Origin: Pristiophorus japonicus
Lineage: Eukaryota
DNA length: 64,000 bases
Assembly (NCBI RefSeq): GCF_044704955.1
Contig: NC_091993.1
Coordinates: 111,104,001 to 111,168,000, forward strand
Direction: 5' to 3'
Part shown: positions 37,801 to 52,351 of the stretch, one piece after another
Layout: each line of letters opens with the position of its first letter
How positions within the stretch are numbered: the stretch's first letter is position 1
The notes under the pieces: generated by a model
Database searches by the model: none
The model's input: only the letters and a program-made list of their open reading frames with translations
What the model was told of the DNA's origin: nothing
Made by a program: the position numbers and the translations under genes

Positions 37801-40800
37801 TTATTGTGGTATTGAGTGAAAAGTGATTCTTTTCCAATTGCTTGTGATGCAAAGTGAACTGGGGACAGACATATTGTGGGCAATGATAACCATGCAGTTT
37901 TCAATAAATATATCGGAGGTTAGCTTATAGTATTTCTTGAATGAGTGATTAAGCTGGGCTGTCTGTAAAATGTAAATCAAACAATATTTAGGGGCTGATA
38001 TTTGTCTGAAAGGAAAGATTGCAACATTTTCAGAAAGAATCATTTCAAGTTAATACACTTGGTGAAGATTGATTGAACTGATTACTGAGAGCAGCAACAA
38101 TACAACACTTAGCAATTATATTTTTGTAAATTCCTGGTATATCTTGAAATGATAAAAATTATGAAGCTCTTTCAGGTACAGGCTGAAATGACTAAATCAA
38201 AAATGCATCTGTTCTGAAATAAAAACAGAGCATGCTGGAAACACTCAGCAAGTCGGGCAGCTTCTGTGGAGCGAGAAACAGGGTTAAGGTTTCAGGCCAA
38301 TGACACTTCCTCAGCACTGGAAAAAGTTAGAGATGTAACAGGTTTTAAGCAAGTACAGAGGCAGCGAAAGTTGATGGGAGGAGTGATTAAATGACAAAAG
38401 AGATGACGGTGTTCTGATTTTTCTTTAACATTATCCTCTCCTCCAGATTCAGCGCTATGGTTTCCTCATCAGCAACTCGCCAAACATTCATAAAGTCTGT
38501 GATTAGCTTCCTGCGCGGTTATGGGTTTGATGGTTTGGATATAGATTGGGAATATCCCGGGTCAAGGGGAAGCCCCCCACAAGACAAACATCTCTACACT
38601 CTGTTGACACAGGTGGGATTTAAAATACGATTTCATCAATTCCATGTAAATGGAATATTCAAAGTAGAAATATATGTATTTACTTCGCAAAACACTTTAA
38701 TCGCAGCTTCATTAACCACTGTGATAAGAAAAAAATGTTTGTTGTGACTCTGTGCAATAACTGCTATCCATCTAGGCTCTGTTGAAACCTGGTTCTACCT
38801 CTAGCTATACCCTTGTATTCGATACATTATTATGCAACACTTGGGCATGGATACATTTTATAATTCTTTAGTCGGTGATTGAAACCCTCTGTTTTGCGTG
38901 GACCAGTTGCTAAGAGAACCTTTATTCACTTTCAACTTTTAGGAAATGATGGCAGCCTTCGAGGCTGAGGGGAAAAGTTCCGGGACTCCAAGACTCTTGC
39001 TCTCAGTTGCAGTTGCTGGTGGGAAGAGCAACATTGATACCGGCTATGAGGTTCCTCAGGTTGGACAGTAAGTATCCATGCCAGTCCTACAGGACTTTCT
39101 GATTTTTTTGTGCTTCCTTGGTAGTTCAGCAAATTTAACTAGTTAGTAGCTGGGCCATACAGCCCTGGAAAGTCCCAGGTTCCATCTCCAGTCTGTACTG
39201 AGTGGAACTGTCTTTCGAATGACACATTAAACCAAGGCCCCATCTGCTCTTTCAGCTGGACATAAAAGATCCCATGGCACTATTTTAAAGAAGAGCAGAG
39301 GAGTTATCCCCGATGGCCTGGCCATTATTTATCCCTCAACCAACATCACTAAAAAACAAATTATCTGGTCATTATCACATTGCTGTTTGTGGGAGCTTAC
39401 AGTGTTCAAATTGGCTGCCGCGTTTCCTACATTACAATAGTGACTACACTTCAAAAGTACTTCATTGGCTATAAAGTGCTTTGGGACGTCCGGTGATCGT
39501 GAAAGACACTATATAAACACACGCCTTTCTCAATTTTTCTTTGAGTTGGCTGAACCCAGCTGAGGCAATGTTAGAGATGCTAAAGATGTTCTTGGTATTG
39601 CTGTTCTGATTCCTGATTGCAAGCAGGGAATGTGAAGAAGAGAGGGGCAGAGTGCAGGGCGGGTGAAGGAGAGAAGGTCAGTATTTGCCAATTTGACAAC
39701 CATTCATAAAATCTGAGCTTAGCTTCTTGCACGTTATGGGTTTGATGGTTTGGACATAGACTGGGAATATCCCATCAGTGCTGCATTCACAACGTGAGTC
39801 ATGCTGAGAAAGCAGTACAAATGATTCTTTCTTTCCATGAGTAATAAAATATGAATGGCAAATGTAGTCAATGTTACAGTTCATGGAAATGCAGCACTAA
39901 CTTGTTCACACCAAGGACCCAGAAAAAGCAATGAGATAATAACCAGATATTTTGTGGGTTATTTTGGTGGTGATGATTCAGGGATAAATATTGTTCAGGA
40001 TACAAGGACAACTCCTTGCTCATCTTTAAATAGTGTTATGGGATATTTTACATCCATCTGAGAAGGAACATTCTGGCATAATATTTCATCTGAATGACAA
40101 CAGCTCTAACAGTGGAACACTCCCTCAGTTTTGACATCCTGACACATGAATAATGGGTTTTGATAATAAGGAAATAATTTATAGTTAAAATGCACCATAA
40201 CAATGAATAGAAAGGTATGTCTAAATGATATAGGAATTGCCCACACATTAAGACTCCCTCTTCAATCATCTTTCAGTCTATAGTTCTTGGTATTGTGTTC
40301 TCATTTAGATCCCATGAAGGTAAAGACCCTGCTCTGATCTGTTGGACATAAATGTCACATGGCACACATCAAGCTGTACAGTCCTCTGGGCAGACCAAGC
40401 CCCACCTGAGGACTTGAACACATAATCTCAGCTGTCCCACCAGTGCAGTACCAAGGGAGCACGGCACTACCATTCTTTGGATGAGACGTTAAACTGAGGT
40501 CCTGTCTACCCTCTCAGATGGATGTAAACGGTCCCATGACGCTATTAGAAGAACTGTTCTCCCAGTGCCCTGGCCATCATTTTATCCCTCAGACAACAGC
40601 ATTAATGTAGTTTCAGACACTTCAAAAGTAATTCATCAGCTGTAAAGTACTTTGGGATGTCCCGAGGCCATGAATGGTCCTGTTTAAATGCAGCATCTTT
40701 CTTTGCTTTGCTCTATAGCTTCAATTGTCAGAACTTCTTTGTGCAATGATTCAGATCATTGTCATTAAATTTAGCAACCAGGAAAATAAGAAATAGGAGC

Positions 40801-43800
40801 AGGAGCAGGCCATTTGGCCCCTTGAGCGAGAACATCAATGTAATGTATGCACCTGTGAGTATGCTCACAGGTTGGTAGAGCTGTTGAGTTGGGAGTGGCT
40901 TAGCTATTCACAAGATGTTCACAAGACTCAATAAAACCCCAGCCAGTTGGGTTCAGGGGATCCATGATGAGGCAGGTGGTTGTGAGCCTAGTGGTTGAAC
41001 TGGTAATGTGTCGTGTGATTGTTTAACAAAGTATCAGTGTAACTTGGATCTTTTCTCATACAGAGTCGTGGACTTTTTCAATGTGATGACGTACGATTTC
41101 TTTGGTCCCTGGAGCCATGTCACTGGAGAAAATAGCCCTCTTTATCCTCTCCCAAATAACCAAGACACTACAAACCTGTACTTCAATGTGGTAAGTACTC
41201 ATGATAATAGAATCCCATCATGCTAATTATTTCCATTTATAAATAGATAACTATCTTTTACCAGAGGTTTTGCAGAGTCCTTCTTGCGTGAACATGAATG
41301 TTAATGCTTTCTCTGCAGAACTATGCAATGAAATACTGGAAAGATAAAGGAGCTCCTGCAGAGAAACTGAATGTTGGATTTCCTACATATGGCCATGCCT
41401 TGAGACTGGCCTCCTCCAACACTGGGCTTGGAGCCCCAACAGCAGGTCCTGGACCAGCTGGGAAGTACACCAGACAGGCTGGATTTTTGGCCTATTATGA
41501 GGTATTGATACTGATGCAGTTTCTTTACGTTTTAATATCTTATATTTTTAAATACAAAATAACCAAGTACCACATTCTACCCCCAAATACCTCAAGCTTT
41601 ACTGCAACATCTGCATTATTGCAATCATACGAATTTCCTGAGGTAGATTAATTAACATATTATAATGTATCAGAAAAGCCTGTGCTACCTTTGTGATGTT
41701 CAGGTGATGGAAGTCTCAAATTTGTGTCATGAAACTCTGATGAACAGAGATATAATGCCACACCTTTCATCATTGGATGGCACTTGACTATCTTCCTCTG
41801 GCCATTGTTGTCAGTCCTGGAAATTATATAAAGAGGTAAGATATAATCTTTTATATCCCCCTCCCCTCCCCTCCCCCCCTTAACGGAACATCCAGGGTTT
41901 CATGCACAAAGATTACAGTCAATCCTTACCAGCTTGTATCCCGATCTCTTGTACTATTTACCCACTGACGGAATGGGTAAGGAACTTGGTGTTGATGTCA
42001 TCTCTTCAGCCAGTCTCTTTATCTCCCCTGTGAGTAAAGTCCAGGTGCCTCTTTGGCTCCTCCACAGCCTCAGATTGGGAAGTTGCAGTGTGAGGAATCA
42101 TTCATAACCTTTTAAGAAAAGGTAGTGCTACTTAATGAACATCTGAGGATGTATTGGTCAGCATTTGCTCAGACCATATTCGGAATATGAATTAAAATAG
42201 TTTTCAGCAGCAAAAGAAAAGAACAGTGCCTCCTGTTTCAAGATTATATTTGAGAGAAAATGATAGCTGAATAAAACAAACAATGAAAAATGACGTGAGT
42301 AAGGTCGTTAACATCACGTAGAGCACTGCGAACCACTGATGATTTGTCCCACGATGTTTGTAGCCTAATGTCTCACTCTTCTGTCAGATCTGCACATTTT
42401 TGAATGGTGCCACCATGAAATGGGATGCTGCTCAGATGGTTCCGTATGCCTATAAAGGAAATGAATGGGTTGGATATGACAACGTGCAAAGCTTTGGAGA
42501 CAAGGTAACTTCGATAAACTCTGCTGTTCGACACCTTTTACTTGTTGCTTTGATGCAATATTTATTGTAATATACAACTAGTTTGTGCGAGTAAGCATTA
42601 GAATCATTTTGTTATATTGATCGATTGAATAATTGGAACACACATTCCCTGTCATTACACCATTACTTTTCGGATGCTTGGAGCATTCTGCGCTCAAAGA
42701 CTTCTGCACAGTTGTAAAATGTATCTAACATTGGTCTTCCATCCTGGTGATGAGGCCAGGAAAAAACACACCGAAAGTTTCCAGTGAGACAACAGAATGA
42801 AAACAGTTCCTTCATGTCCCAAATGCCTGGTGAATTAGTGGTTTGAGTGGCTATTCATTTAAAATGGATGCGACATCTTTTTTGAAGTGTTTGAACCGCA
42901 GCTTGTATTTCTGATTTAGTCCCTTACACACAAATATCGAGAGAAGTTCATATTTCTGTCAACTCACCTCTTTGCGGCCAAAATACACTCAGTGACAGAA
43001 ACAGAGACAGTTTCTGTAATGACTCACTTCGGAGATACAAATACAGCAATATCAATGATATTTGGAATATCTGCCTTTATAGTCATTACAGAAAATATTA
43101 CCCTGTCCCTAGTCCATGACAAAACATGAATGAAGCAATATTCATGCAGAGGTAGCAGTGGACCTTTGGCATTTTCAAATTTTGGAAGATCCTTTTTGCA
43201 TTCAGTTCAGGGCCGTTGTAAATCTTAAATATATTTGGGATAAAACTTGCTTGGAAACAAGATTTGCAAAATAAATTTGTGAACAATTGCCTTCCAGGTT
43301 GAGTGGCTGAAGAAAAACAACTATGGAGGAGCGATGGTGTGGGATCTTGCTCTGGATGATTTCTCTGGTGCTTTCTGCAACCAGGGGCCTTACCCTCTCA
43401 TTAACAAACTGCACACCGGGCTTGGAATTTCTGCAGGTAAAAGTCAGGATTATTTATACTTGGAGCTGATTACTTGTTGCTTACCACAAAGTCAGCATGG
43501 AAAGCCATTAATGGCTAAAATCATTCAGAAATTGTTTGGATTACCTAAGTGTATTTCAAATTCAATACTTTTAAAGTGGCAAAAATCTGACCACTAGAAT
43601 ATTGCTGAGCGTCTATGAGCATAAAGTTCCTCAGACAGGACGAGCAATGCAGCAAAATACTGAAACATGTATATGTGTTAACAGAATAAGACACAAATCC
43701 ATGCTGGATGTTGCATCCAGTATGTAATGGCACTAAAAAATAGTGACGATGTGCATTGTAATATTGTGTCATTTAAAGGGACAATGTATTGCGATACAAC

Positions 43801-44580
43801 TTTACCAAGTTTTTTTTAAATGAAAGGAAGTTCAGTAACATCTGCCACAAATGTTGTGTATTCAAAACAGAAAATGCTGGCAGTACTCAGCAGGCCAGGC
43901 AGCAGCTTTGGAGAGAGAAGCAGAGTTAACGTTTCAGGTCTGTGACTCTGTTTCTCTCTCTCTCTCCACAGATGCTGCCTGGTCTGCCGAGTGTTTCCAG
44001 AATTTTCTCTTTAGATTTCAGATTCCAGATTCCAGCATCTGCAGTATTTTGCTATTGGAGAAATGTTGTATAACTTGACTTAAAATAGAACTATAATTAA
44101 ATCACACTTCAAATACACTCCAGACACAATGTGCCACATCACAAGATTTCCTCAGTGGCCCTTATTGAGCTGAACTTCACAAACATCTTGTTCCTGATAA
44201 CGCAAGGAACTGAGTTCACCCTGAAGATATTCAATGCAGCAACATCCCTTGAACTTGCAATGCTTAGCTTCAGTTGATATCAATTTTGAAGCAAACAATG
44301 AATGAATGAACTTTATTTCCTTCCAGCTTGTGTTCCATCAAAAACAACACTGCGACCAAATGTTCCTCCTACTCATGTCCCCAGTGGTGGTGGCGGTGGC
44401 GGGAGTGGTGGTGGTGGCGGTGGTGGCAGTGGGTTCTGCGCTGGCAGATCTAACGGTACCTACCCTGATCCAAAGGATAAGAACAAATTTTATCAATGTG
44501 TCAATGGAGTGACCTACGAGCAGCATTGCGCTGTTGGATTAATCTTTGATACTTCCTGTAACTGTTGCAACTGGGCTTAA
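34831..44580 (+). CDS. chia: GH18 acidic chitinase (CHIA/AMCase-like), copy C, complete, 11 coding exons, 474 aa
   Basis: Exons: 34831-34855, 36484-36513, 36601-36802, 37728-37784, 38447-38612, 38943-39067, 41064-41190, 41319-41501, 42388-42504, 43298-43436, 44327-44580. The only protein differences from B that I saw are in the CBM14 ([11 protein letters not shown] vs [11 protein letters not shown]). Confidence 0.95.
39697..39773 (+). pseudogene. Degenerate partial duplicate of catalytic exon 5 inside intron 6 (copy C)
   Basis: Same sequence as 18196-18272. Confidence 0.85.
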
Positions 44581-45443
44581 CGTGAAAGCAGAAGGTAAGC
44601 ATGATTATTATTCTAAGTAACCGATCAAAGCGGGCACCCTGCGTAAAACAATTATGTTCAGGTGGTGTAAAGTACCAGTGTAGTCTTCATTAGCAGCCCG
44701 TAAAAGAATACAGCTGGATTTGAAAGTAGACAGGTAAAAATAAACAAAATGCAGTTGGCTGGGTGTAAAATTTCAACACATTTCAACACAATGTAGCAGC
44801 ACATTGAGTGCTGGCCACTGAGTTGTAGGTTCATTTATAGTTTCAGTTGGGTTGAAATGGGTGGAATAATGGGTGGTATGCCCCTGCAGTTCACAGTCAC
44901 TGCAGCGCTGTGGTGTCATTGACTTCTGCAGTGACATTAGGGCACATTGACAAGACAGGGTTACTGAGTTATATTTGTGCCCAAGCTGTTTTTACACATG
45001 TTCCAGAAATTGGTTGCAAAGTGGAATTGGGCGGAGGTCTGTGAGTGAGTTTCTGGTCAGTCCAGTTGTGTGATGAACTTGTATTGTTGAGGGAAAAGAA
45101 AGGAGAGTGTAATGTATGCACCTGTGAGTCAGCTCACATGATGTAAACAAGCCTCACTAACCTCAGTCAGTCGATTCTAGGTCATCCATGATGAGGTATG
45201 CAGTTGTGAGCCGAGTGGATGAACTGGTAATGTGTAGAGTATTTGTTAAACCTTTGTTAATAAACCAACTAGTTCTTAATAGCAATCTGTTGTTATGAAT
45301 TCTTAAGCAAAGAAGCCATGAAATAATTTCTAATTTAACATTAAGAAATAGACATAATATATAAGTTGTTTGTATGCATCTCATGTCACATTAAAATATT
45401 ATTGTTCAATAAGAGAACACAAAGATGCTCTTTATTTTTCCAG

Positions 45444-45623
45444 CCTGCAATCAATCTTTGTTGAATACCGATGAGGCTGTAACTGGCCTTCAGTTTAATT
45501 ACGGAAATGACACCACTTTGCGAATAAAGACCATTAAACTACAACATCTAATTTGTCTCAACTGAAGATAGCAATTGCAGTTAAAGCAACAAAATAAAAT
45601 AATTGATTCATGAAGATAACAGT
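45444..45623 (+). other. Putative non-coding terminal exon and poly(A) signal of copy C
   Basis: Donor at 44595, acceptor ending at 45443, AATAAA at 45593-45598. Confidence 0.55.
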
Positions 45624-46865
45624 TTACTTGTGTTTTGTTTATAAATTAAATGCAACAATTTTTGGTGAAAAGAATTTTGCTGCATGAATCCACTTCTGAT
45701 GTAACTGTTAACTGCAGAAGCAGCATTTCAAACCTTCACACAAACTCAAATCACAGCAATCTGATGTCTATAGGGATTCCTGCACTTCACAGGGAAAATA
45801 TTGTTGGGTTCACCTCAGGAAGGAAAACTGGACTTAACTGAGTTTTCGTATTCTGCTTTCTACCAACTTTAATCCTGTTTCCACTATAAATTGATACCAA
45901 TCATTTACATAGTGGATTGACTAAGTGTCTGGGAGACAGATACTGGCGATGGAGGGTTGTGGGGCAGGGTGGGGGTTGGGGAGAGGATTTTAATTGCCAG
46001 CAGCTTTCTGATTCACATCTGCCTGTGGCAAAATGCGGCTACATTATGATTGATGCTGCTTTCTCTTGTCTGTGCAGGATATAGGTGCAAGCTACAGAGT
46101 ATTGTGCCAATGTATTTATCCACCCCTCCACCTGAAGGTTTGTGTGTGGTGCAAGTAACTATGAGACAAAGGGAATTAACAATCCAAAACAAAATAGCAG
46201 AAAATCTTCATTCCAAGATTGCATCTCATTTTATTTTGTTTTTGTGCTCAAGGAAAGAGAAATGTTACAGAGAGAGCAAAGGAATACAGGGGAAACAAGA
46301 CAGCTTTAACAAATCAAGTAGGATCATTGTTTACTGTGTCCAGAGACTGATTAGAAAATCACACAAATATTATGCTCAGGTTCTTAGTTGACACCATTGC
46401 ACCTGTTTCCAGTCCCATCCACCCCTTCCTTCGACGACTCTCTGTTCCATCTGTGACAGAGTCTGTGGCTCTTGTATTGGACTATTCAGCTACCAAAGAA
46501 CCCACTTCAGGAGTGGAAGCAAGTCTTCCTCGATTCTGAGGGACTGCCAATGATGATGATGATGATGATGTTTCTATTGACAAATACTCAAATTATTCAA
46601 TGGTCTCTGATTCTCTGCTACTTTTTTTTAGTCATGAAACAACTTTTCTCTTAGACAAGTAATTTATCAAACAATCAGTTTAATAAAATGAAAATATAGC
46701 TGTGCTTACTGACAGCGCAATCTTACACAGCCACATTGAATTCCGATAAATACAATGACGGCCTAGCAGATTATCAAGTTCATTTTCATTTTACGTGCTT
46801 TTAATTTTCATTTATAGTTTGAGGCAATGTGTTGCAATCAAATCTATTTATTACTGTTACATTAA

Positions 46866-49800
46866 TTAAGTAATAAATCTGATGGTAGGATTATCCCCAA
46901 TACACTGGTAATATTTACTACGAACATTTGGACCAACATATAATCTGTCAGGCTTGCTTTGGCACCCTGCATCCAAATTGCCTCCAGAAATAGTAGTTGT
47001 AGTAATGGTGGTTGGAGTGGTGGTAGTGGGAATAGTGGTTATAGGTGGTGATGCTGTACTGTTAGAAATTTAAGACTATCTCTGGTCACTTTAATAATCA
47101 GGATCGACTGTAAAACTAATCTGGTGGATATATTGTGCTTAATCAGAGGTTAAGACAGAATATAACACATTAGTTTTATAGCAAAAACATACAACCGTAA
47201 CAGGTAGTTGATACCGATTCTGACCGGACAAATGGCTGGCGCATGTGAGCAGTTCCCTGGCTTGCAGTCTCTTTCTCTCATCTCGAGCTTCCTTCGGTGA
47301 AGCATGGGATCAGTCTCGAAAAGTGTTCGACCAGCTAAACTTCTGTTTCGCCCTTCCCTCATACCACCTTTGAGATCAATCTTGAGGAGGCTACTTTTAT
47401 TCCATTTTTAGGGGTGGGCCTGACCCTGGATATTGACAAGACCTTTTGACCTTTAGAGGTTTCTCTAAAAACTTACTATCTAATAAGACTTCTAGTTCTT
47501 TGCCTCGATTCTTGTTTCAAGAACCCGCTTAAAAGATGTCTTATTTTGGCCACGTGTCACTCTGCACTAACACAGGGTTTCTTCCTGTGGAAATCACTCT
47601 CATCTCTCTCTTCCTGATCCTCTCCTTTGATCCCATGAAGCCAAATCAGAAAACTGCTCGTTATCTCTTTTACGACGTAGCTACATTTTTATGTTAACAC
47701 TCTCAACTTCCATCCATTATTTTCGCCAGCAGTTTTGTTAAGGCAACTTCAAACTCTACCCTTCGTATTATACATAAAATACATAAACAAGGTTCAAGTC
47801 TTACCTTAAAAGCAACAGATAATCACATAGCAACAGGGATGGTACATAGTACAAAGAACTATACCCTCCATTTCTAAGCATGTCTCTGATTCGAATAGAC
47901 AGTCCGTCTGCAGTTTAAAACAATGAATTAAACACAGCATTCGTATCAGTTTTATACATTCGTAACAGTTTTATACATTTCTAGGCATCCCTGATTTCTA
48001 ACAGTACCTGATGGTAGCTCACATTCTGTAAAACAAAATGTGAATAGTATTTTAATGATTTGGATTTGATTATGTTGATTAAGATTTTCATTCTCTTGTC
48101 ATACTCGGTTGACCTCGCACATAAATACATTGTGAGAACAGGACAAGTGGGCACAAAGTCCGAGAGTGCAAATTCAGGCCTGATATCGCAAATTTATCCT
48201 TCACAACAATTTCCACTTACATAGCACCTTGAATGGAAAATATGCTGCACAGAGTCAGAAAACGATATTGGGCAGCAGCAGGAGAAACATCGTGGAGGTG
48301 ACTGAGGCCATGGCCAAAGAGGAAGGATTTGAGGCTCTGTAGGGCGACAGGATGAAGAAGGCTTTAGGAACAGAGCTCCAGAGTGTAGGGCCAAGACAAT
48401 TGAATGGTCTGTCATTGTAGGTGGAGTGGAGGAAGGGAGAAAACAGAGACAAGAGCAGGACGTGTAGAGGATGCATGTGAGCACATTGGCCTGAAGGAGG
48501 TTGCAGAGGAAGAATGGGTTGAGGCCATGGAGGGATTTGTAAATCAGGTTGAGAACTTTGCTTTTGCATTTGACACAACACCTTCTCCCAACTAACTTAC
48601 ACCATCATTTGTAATTTACAATCTCGACATATTGATAGAGCTTGACATTGCCATTATTTGTGTAATATTTAACTGTTTGCAATAATACTACACAATCTCC
48701 CATGACATTGCACACGGGCAGTGAAGACCAAGTGTAGCCTTTCGGCAGGAGCTGGGTTAGCGGGTGGGGATAATTGGACCAGGGACCGCTGATGCAATGC
48801 GGTCCTCAATGAAAGTCATGCATTATGTCATTTTCATAAAAATACTTTTGTTTTATATTAATTATAGTAAAACAGAAAGAATTACGACAAATTGGAAGGA
48901 GAGAAGTAGAGTTTGTCAGTACAGAAGTGTTTCTCTGCAGTGCAGCTGAGGAATGGAGATGCCGATCTGAGGCGTATCAGCGCCACCACTGATGGGAGTG
49001 TGTAATTACAGTCTGAGAAGTTGATAGAGGCAGTTTCCTTTAGAACTGTGGACAGGGGAGTTTAAAATGGAAAAGGTAGGCACGAGCATGAGAACAAGAA
49101 GCGAGGCTTTGCATACAGGAAATGCATGCAGACATAAGGTTTGTTAACAGATTATAGATAGGAGCAATAGGATACATGTTAAAAATAATCTCTTTACCAA
49201 TATCTCTTCACTTTAAATAATCAGGTTTGAGTGCAATCCAATATGGTGGGTAGATTGTGTTTAAGACGAAATATCACACATTAGTTATACAGCAAAACAT
49301 ATGACCGTGACGAGTATCTGACACCAATCTGATCGTACAGATGTTTGACACACTTGACCATCATCATCATAGGCAGTCCCTTGGAATCGAGGAAACACAG
49401 AAACATAGAAAATAGATGCAGGAGTAGGCCATTCGGCCCTTCGAGCCTGCATCGCCATTCAATAAGATCATGGCTGATCATTCCTTCAGTACCCCTTTCC
49501 TGCTTTCCCTCCATACCCGTTGATCCCCTTAGCCGTAAGGGCCATATCTAACTCCCTCTTGAATATATCCAATGAACTGGCATCAACAACTCTCTGCGAC
49601 AGGGAATTCCACAGGTTAACAACTTTCTGAGTGAAGAAGTTTCTCCTCATCTCAGTCCTAAATGGCCTACCCCTTATCCTAAGACTATGTCCCCTGGTTC
49701 TGGACTTCCCCAACATCGGGAACATTCTTCCCGCATCTAACCTGTCCAGTCCCGTCAGAATCTTATACGTTTCTATGAGATCCCTTCTCATCCTTCTAAA

Positions 49801-52161
49801 CTCCAGTGAATAGAGGCCCAGTTGATCCAGTCTCTCCTCATATGACAGTTCAGCCATCCCTGGAATTAGTCTGGTGAACCTTCGCTGCACTCCCGCAATA
49901 GCAAGAATGTCCTTCCTCAGATTAGGAGACCAAAACTGAACACAATATTCCAGGTGAGGCCTCATTAAGGCCCTGTACAACTGCAGTAAGACCTCCCTGC
50001 TCCAATACTCAAATCGCTGAGGGGATTTGTAGGATCTTGCGGAGACATCGCTGGTGGTATTACTCCAGCGACTTGAGGTGTCTGTTGCACATGGTGCACG
50101 TCTCTGAGCCATACAGGAGGGTGGGTATTACCACAGCCCAGTAGACCATGAGCTTGGTGACAGTTTTGAGGGCTTGGTCTTCAAACACTCTCTTCCTCAG
50201 GCAGCCGAAGGCTGCACTGGCGCACTGGAGGCGGTGTTGGATCTCGTCGTCACTGTCTGCCCTTGTTGCTAGGAGGCTCCCAAGATAAGAGAAGTGGTCT
50301 ACGTTGTCCAGGGCCGCGCCGTGGATCTTGATGATTGGGGGGTAATGCTATCCGCTGAGGATAGGCTGGTGGAGGACCTTTGACTTACTGATGTTTAGCG
50401 TAAGGCCCATGCTTTCATACGCCTCGGTAAATACGTCGACTATGTCCTGGAGTTCACCCTCTGTGTGTGCACAGACGCAGGTGCCGTCCGCATACTGTAG
50501 CTCGATGACAGAGGTTGGAGTGGTCTTGCACCTGGCCTGGAGATGGCGAAGGTTGAACAGCTTCCCACTGGTTCTGTAGTTTAGTACCACTCCAGCGTGG
50601 AGCTCGTCAACTGTGAGGTGGAGCATGGCAGCGCGGAAGATTGAGAAGAGGGTTGGAGCGAAGACGCAGCCCTGCTTCACCCCGGTCCAGATGTGGATTG
50701 GGTCTGTGATGGATCCGTTGGTAAGGACCATGGCCTGCATGTCGTCATGTGGTAACGTACTTTTAGGGGCATCCGAAACAGAGGAGGACGCTCCATGGAC
50801 CCTCGCAGTTGACAGTGTCAAAGGCCTTTGTAAGGTCGAAGAAGGCCATGTATAAGGGCTGGCGCTGTACCCTGCATTTTTCCTGCAGCTGTCGTGCTGC
50901 AAAGTTCATGTCCGTTGTGCCCCAGAGGGGATGAAATCTGCACTGCAACTCCGGGAGCAGCTCTTCGGCCATGGGGAGAAGATGGTTGAGGAGGACTCTC
51001 GCGACAACTTTCCCAGTGGCTGATAGCAGGGCAATTCCTCTGTAGTTGCCGCAGTCCGACTTGTCCCCTTTTTAAAAGATGGTCACAATTACTGCATCTC
51101 TAAGATCTCCCGGCATGCACTCCACCCTCCAGACGAGAGAGATGAGGTCGTGTATTCGCCTCAGCAGGGATTCCATCCACTCCCGTAGCTTGTTTGTTAG
51201 CTGCCTTTCAACCTCTTCCTTGCAGCCTCTTTCTCTTAATCTAAAGCTTACTTTGCTTTCTCTCTCTCTTCTATCTGTGAGCTCCCTTTTCCCTCTCTTA
51301 CTTCCGTCTGTAAGGATAAGCTTCTGGGAGGTCACATTTAACCTATTTTTAGGGGTGGGCCTGAACCGGGATATTGACCAGACCTTTTGACCTATAGAGG
51401 TTTCCCTAAAACTTTAATACCCAATGGCGTATTGTGTTCTTTGTCTCGATTCTTGTGTCAAAGCCTGTCATTAATATTTTGGCAACACATCCTTCTCTGT
51501 TTACACTTTCCCAGGCTTCGTTCTTTGAAATTCGTATCTTATGTCTTTCGTCCTTATCCTGCCTTTTGATCTCATGAGGCCCAAGCCAGAAACCTGTTCG
51601 CTTCAGAGTGTTACCTCCTTTATGACATAACAAATTGTCCTGTGTTTACGCTAAATTCTACCAAACTTCCTTCCATTATCTTTGCAAGCAGTTCTGTTAA
51701 TCAAACTTCAAATCCTACCTTAGCATTGTACATAAAATACATAAACAAGGCTCAAGTCTTAACTTAATAAAACAACAGATAATCGCTCAGCAACAGAGAG
51801 AATGTATATAGTACAAAGAACCCATGCCATCCACCGGAAACCAAGACATTAGCATTTCTAAGCATCGATCTGGTCCGAAGAGACTTTTTAGCTGCAATTT
51901 GAACATCAGAGTTTAAACACATCATTTTTTCACAACACAGCTTTAATCGCATAACCATATGCATTTTTAGGCATCTATAGTTTCTAACATGCAGTTCAGT
52001 TTTAGTTGGGTTACATATAATAATTTATCCAAACCATTGAGGAGCATCAATGTGTTGATCAAAGGGCAAGTTCCGTCATTGAATTTACTTCCACTGAAAT
52101 CATCCAGATCCAAAGCCCACACCATGGCACCGCAAAATTTGTTACCCTTCAGCCATTGAGC
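46866..52161 (-). pseudogene. Inverted chitinase pseudogene fragment, unit 3
   Basis: Exon-10 relic at 52015-52161, where the TAA of units 1 and 2 is AAA. Exon-11 relic at 46866-48025, split by the LTR at 47060-48003. Confidence 0.88.
47060..48003. mobile_element. Solo-LTR-like insertion, unit 3 copy
   Basis: Same termini and GTAC target-site duplication as 4057-5000. Confidence 0.8.
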
Positions 52162-52351
52162 CGACAGTTAAAAAGATACTAAAATACAATTGAGAAGTGC
52201 TTTTTGTTAAATAAAATTAACATTTTATTGAAAATCTAATGCTTTTCCTGCTAAAATACTGCATGGGTTAAAAACTGATATATAGAAGGTGCTCGAATGA
52301 CTGGGTGTACTTAAAGCGGATAAGTCACCAGGACCGAATGGGATGCATTCA

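Larger units (their letters stand above)
21506..43005. repeat. Tandem segmental-duplication unit 2 (21.5 kb)
   Basis: Colinear and near-identical to unit 1 over exons, introns and intergenic transposon relics. Confidence 0.97.
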
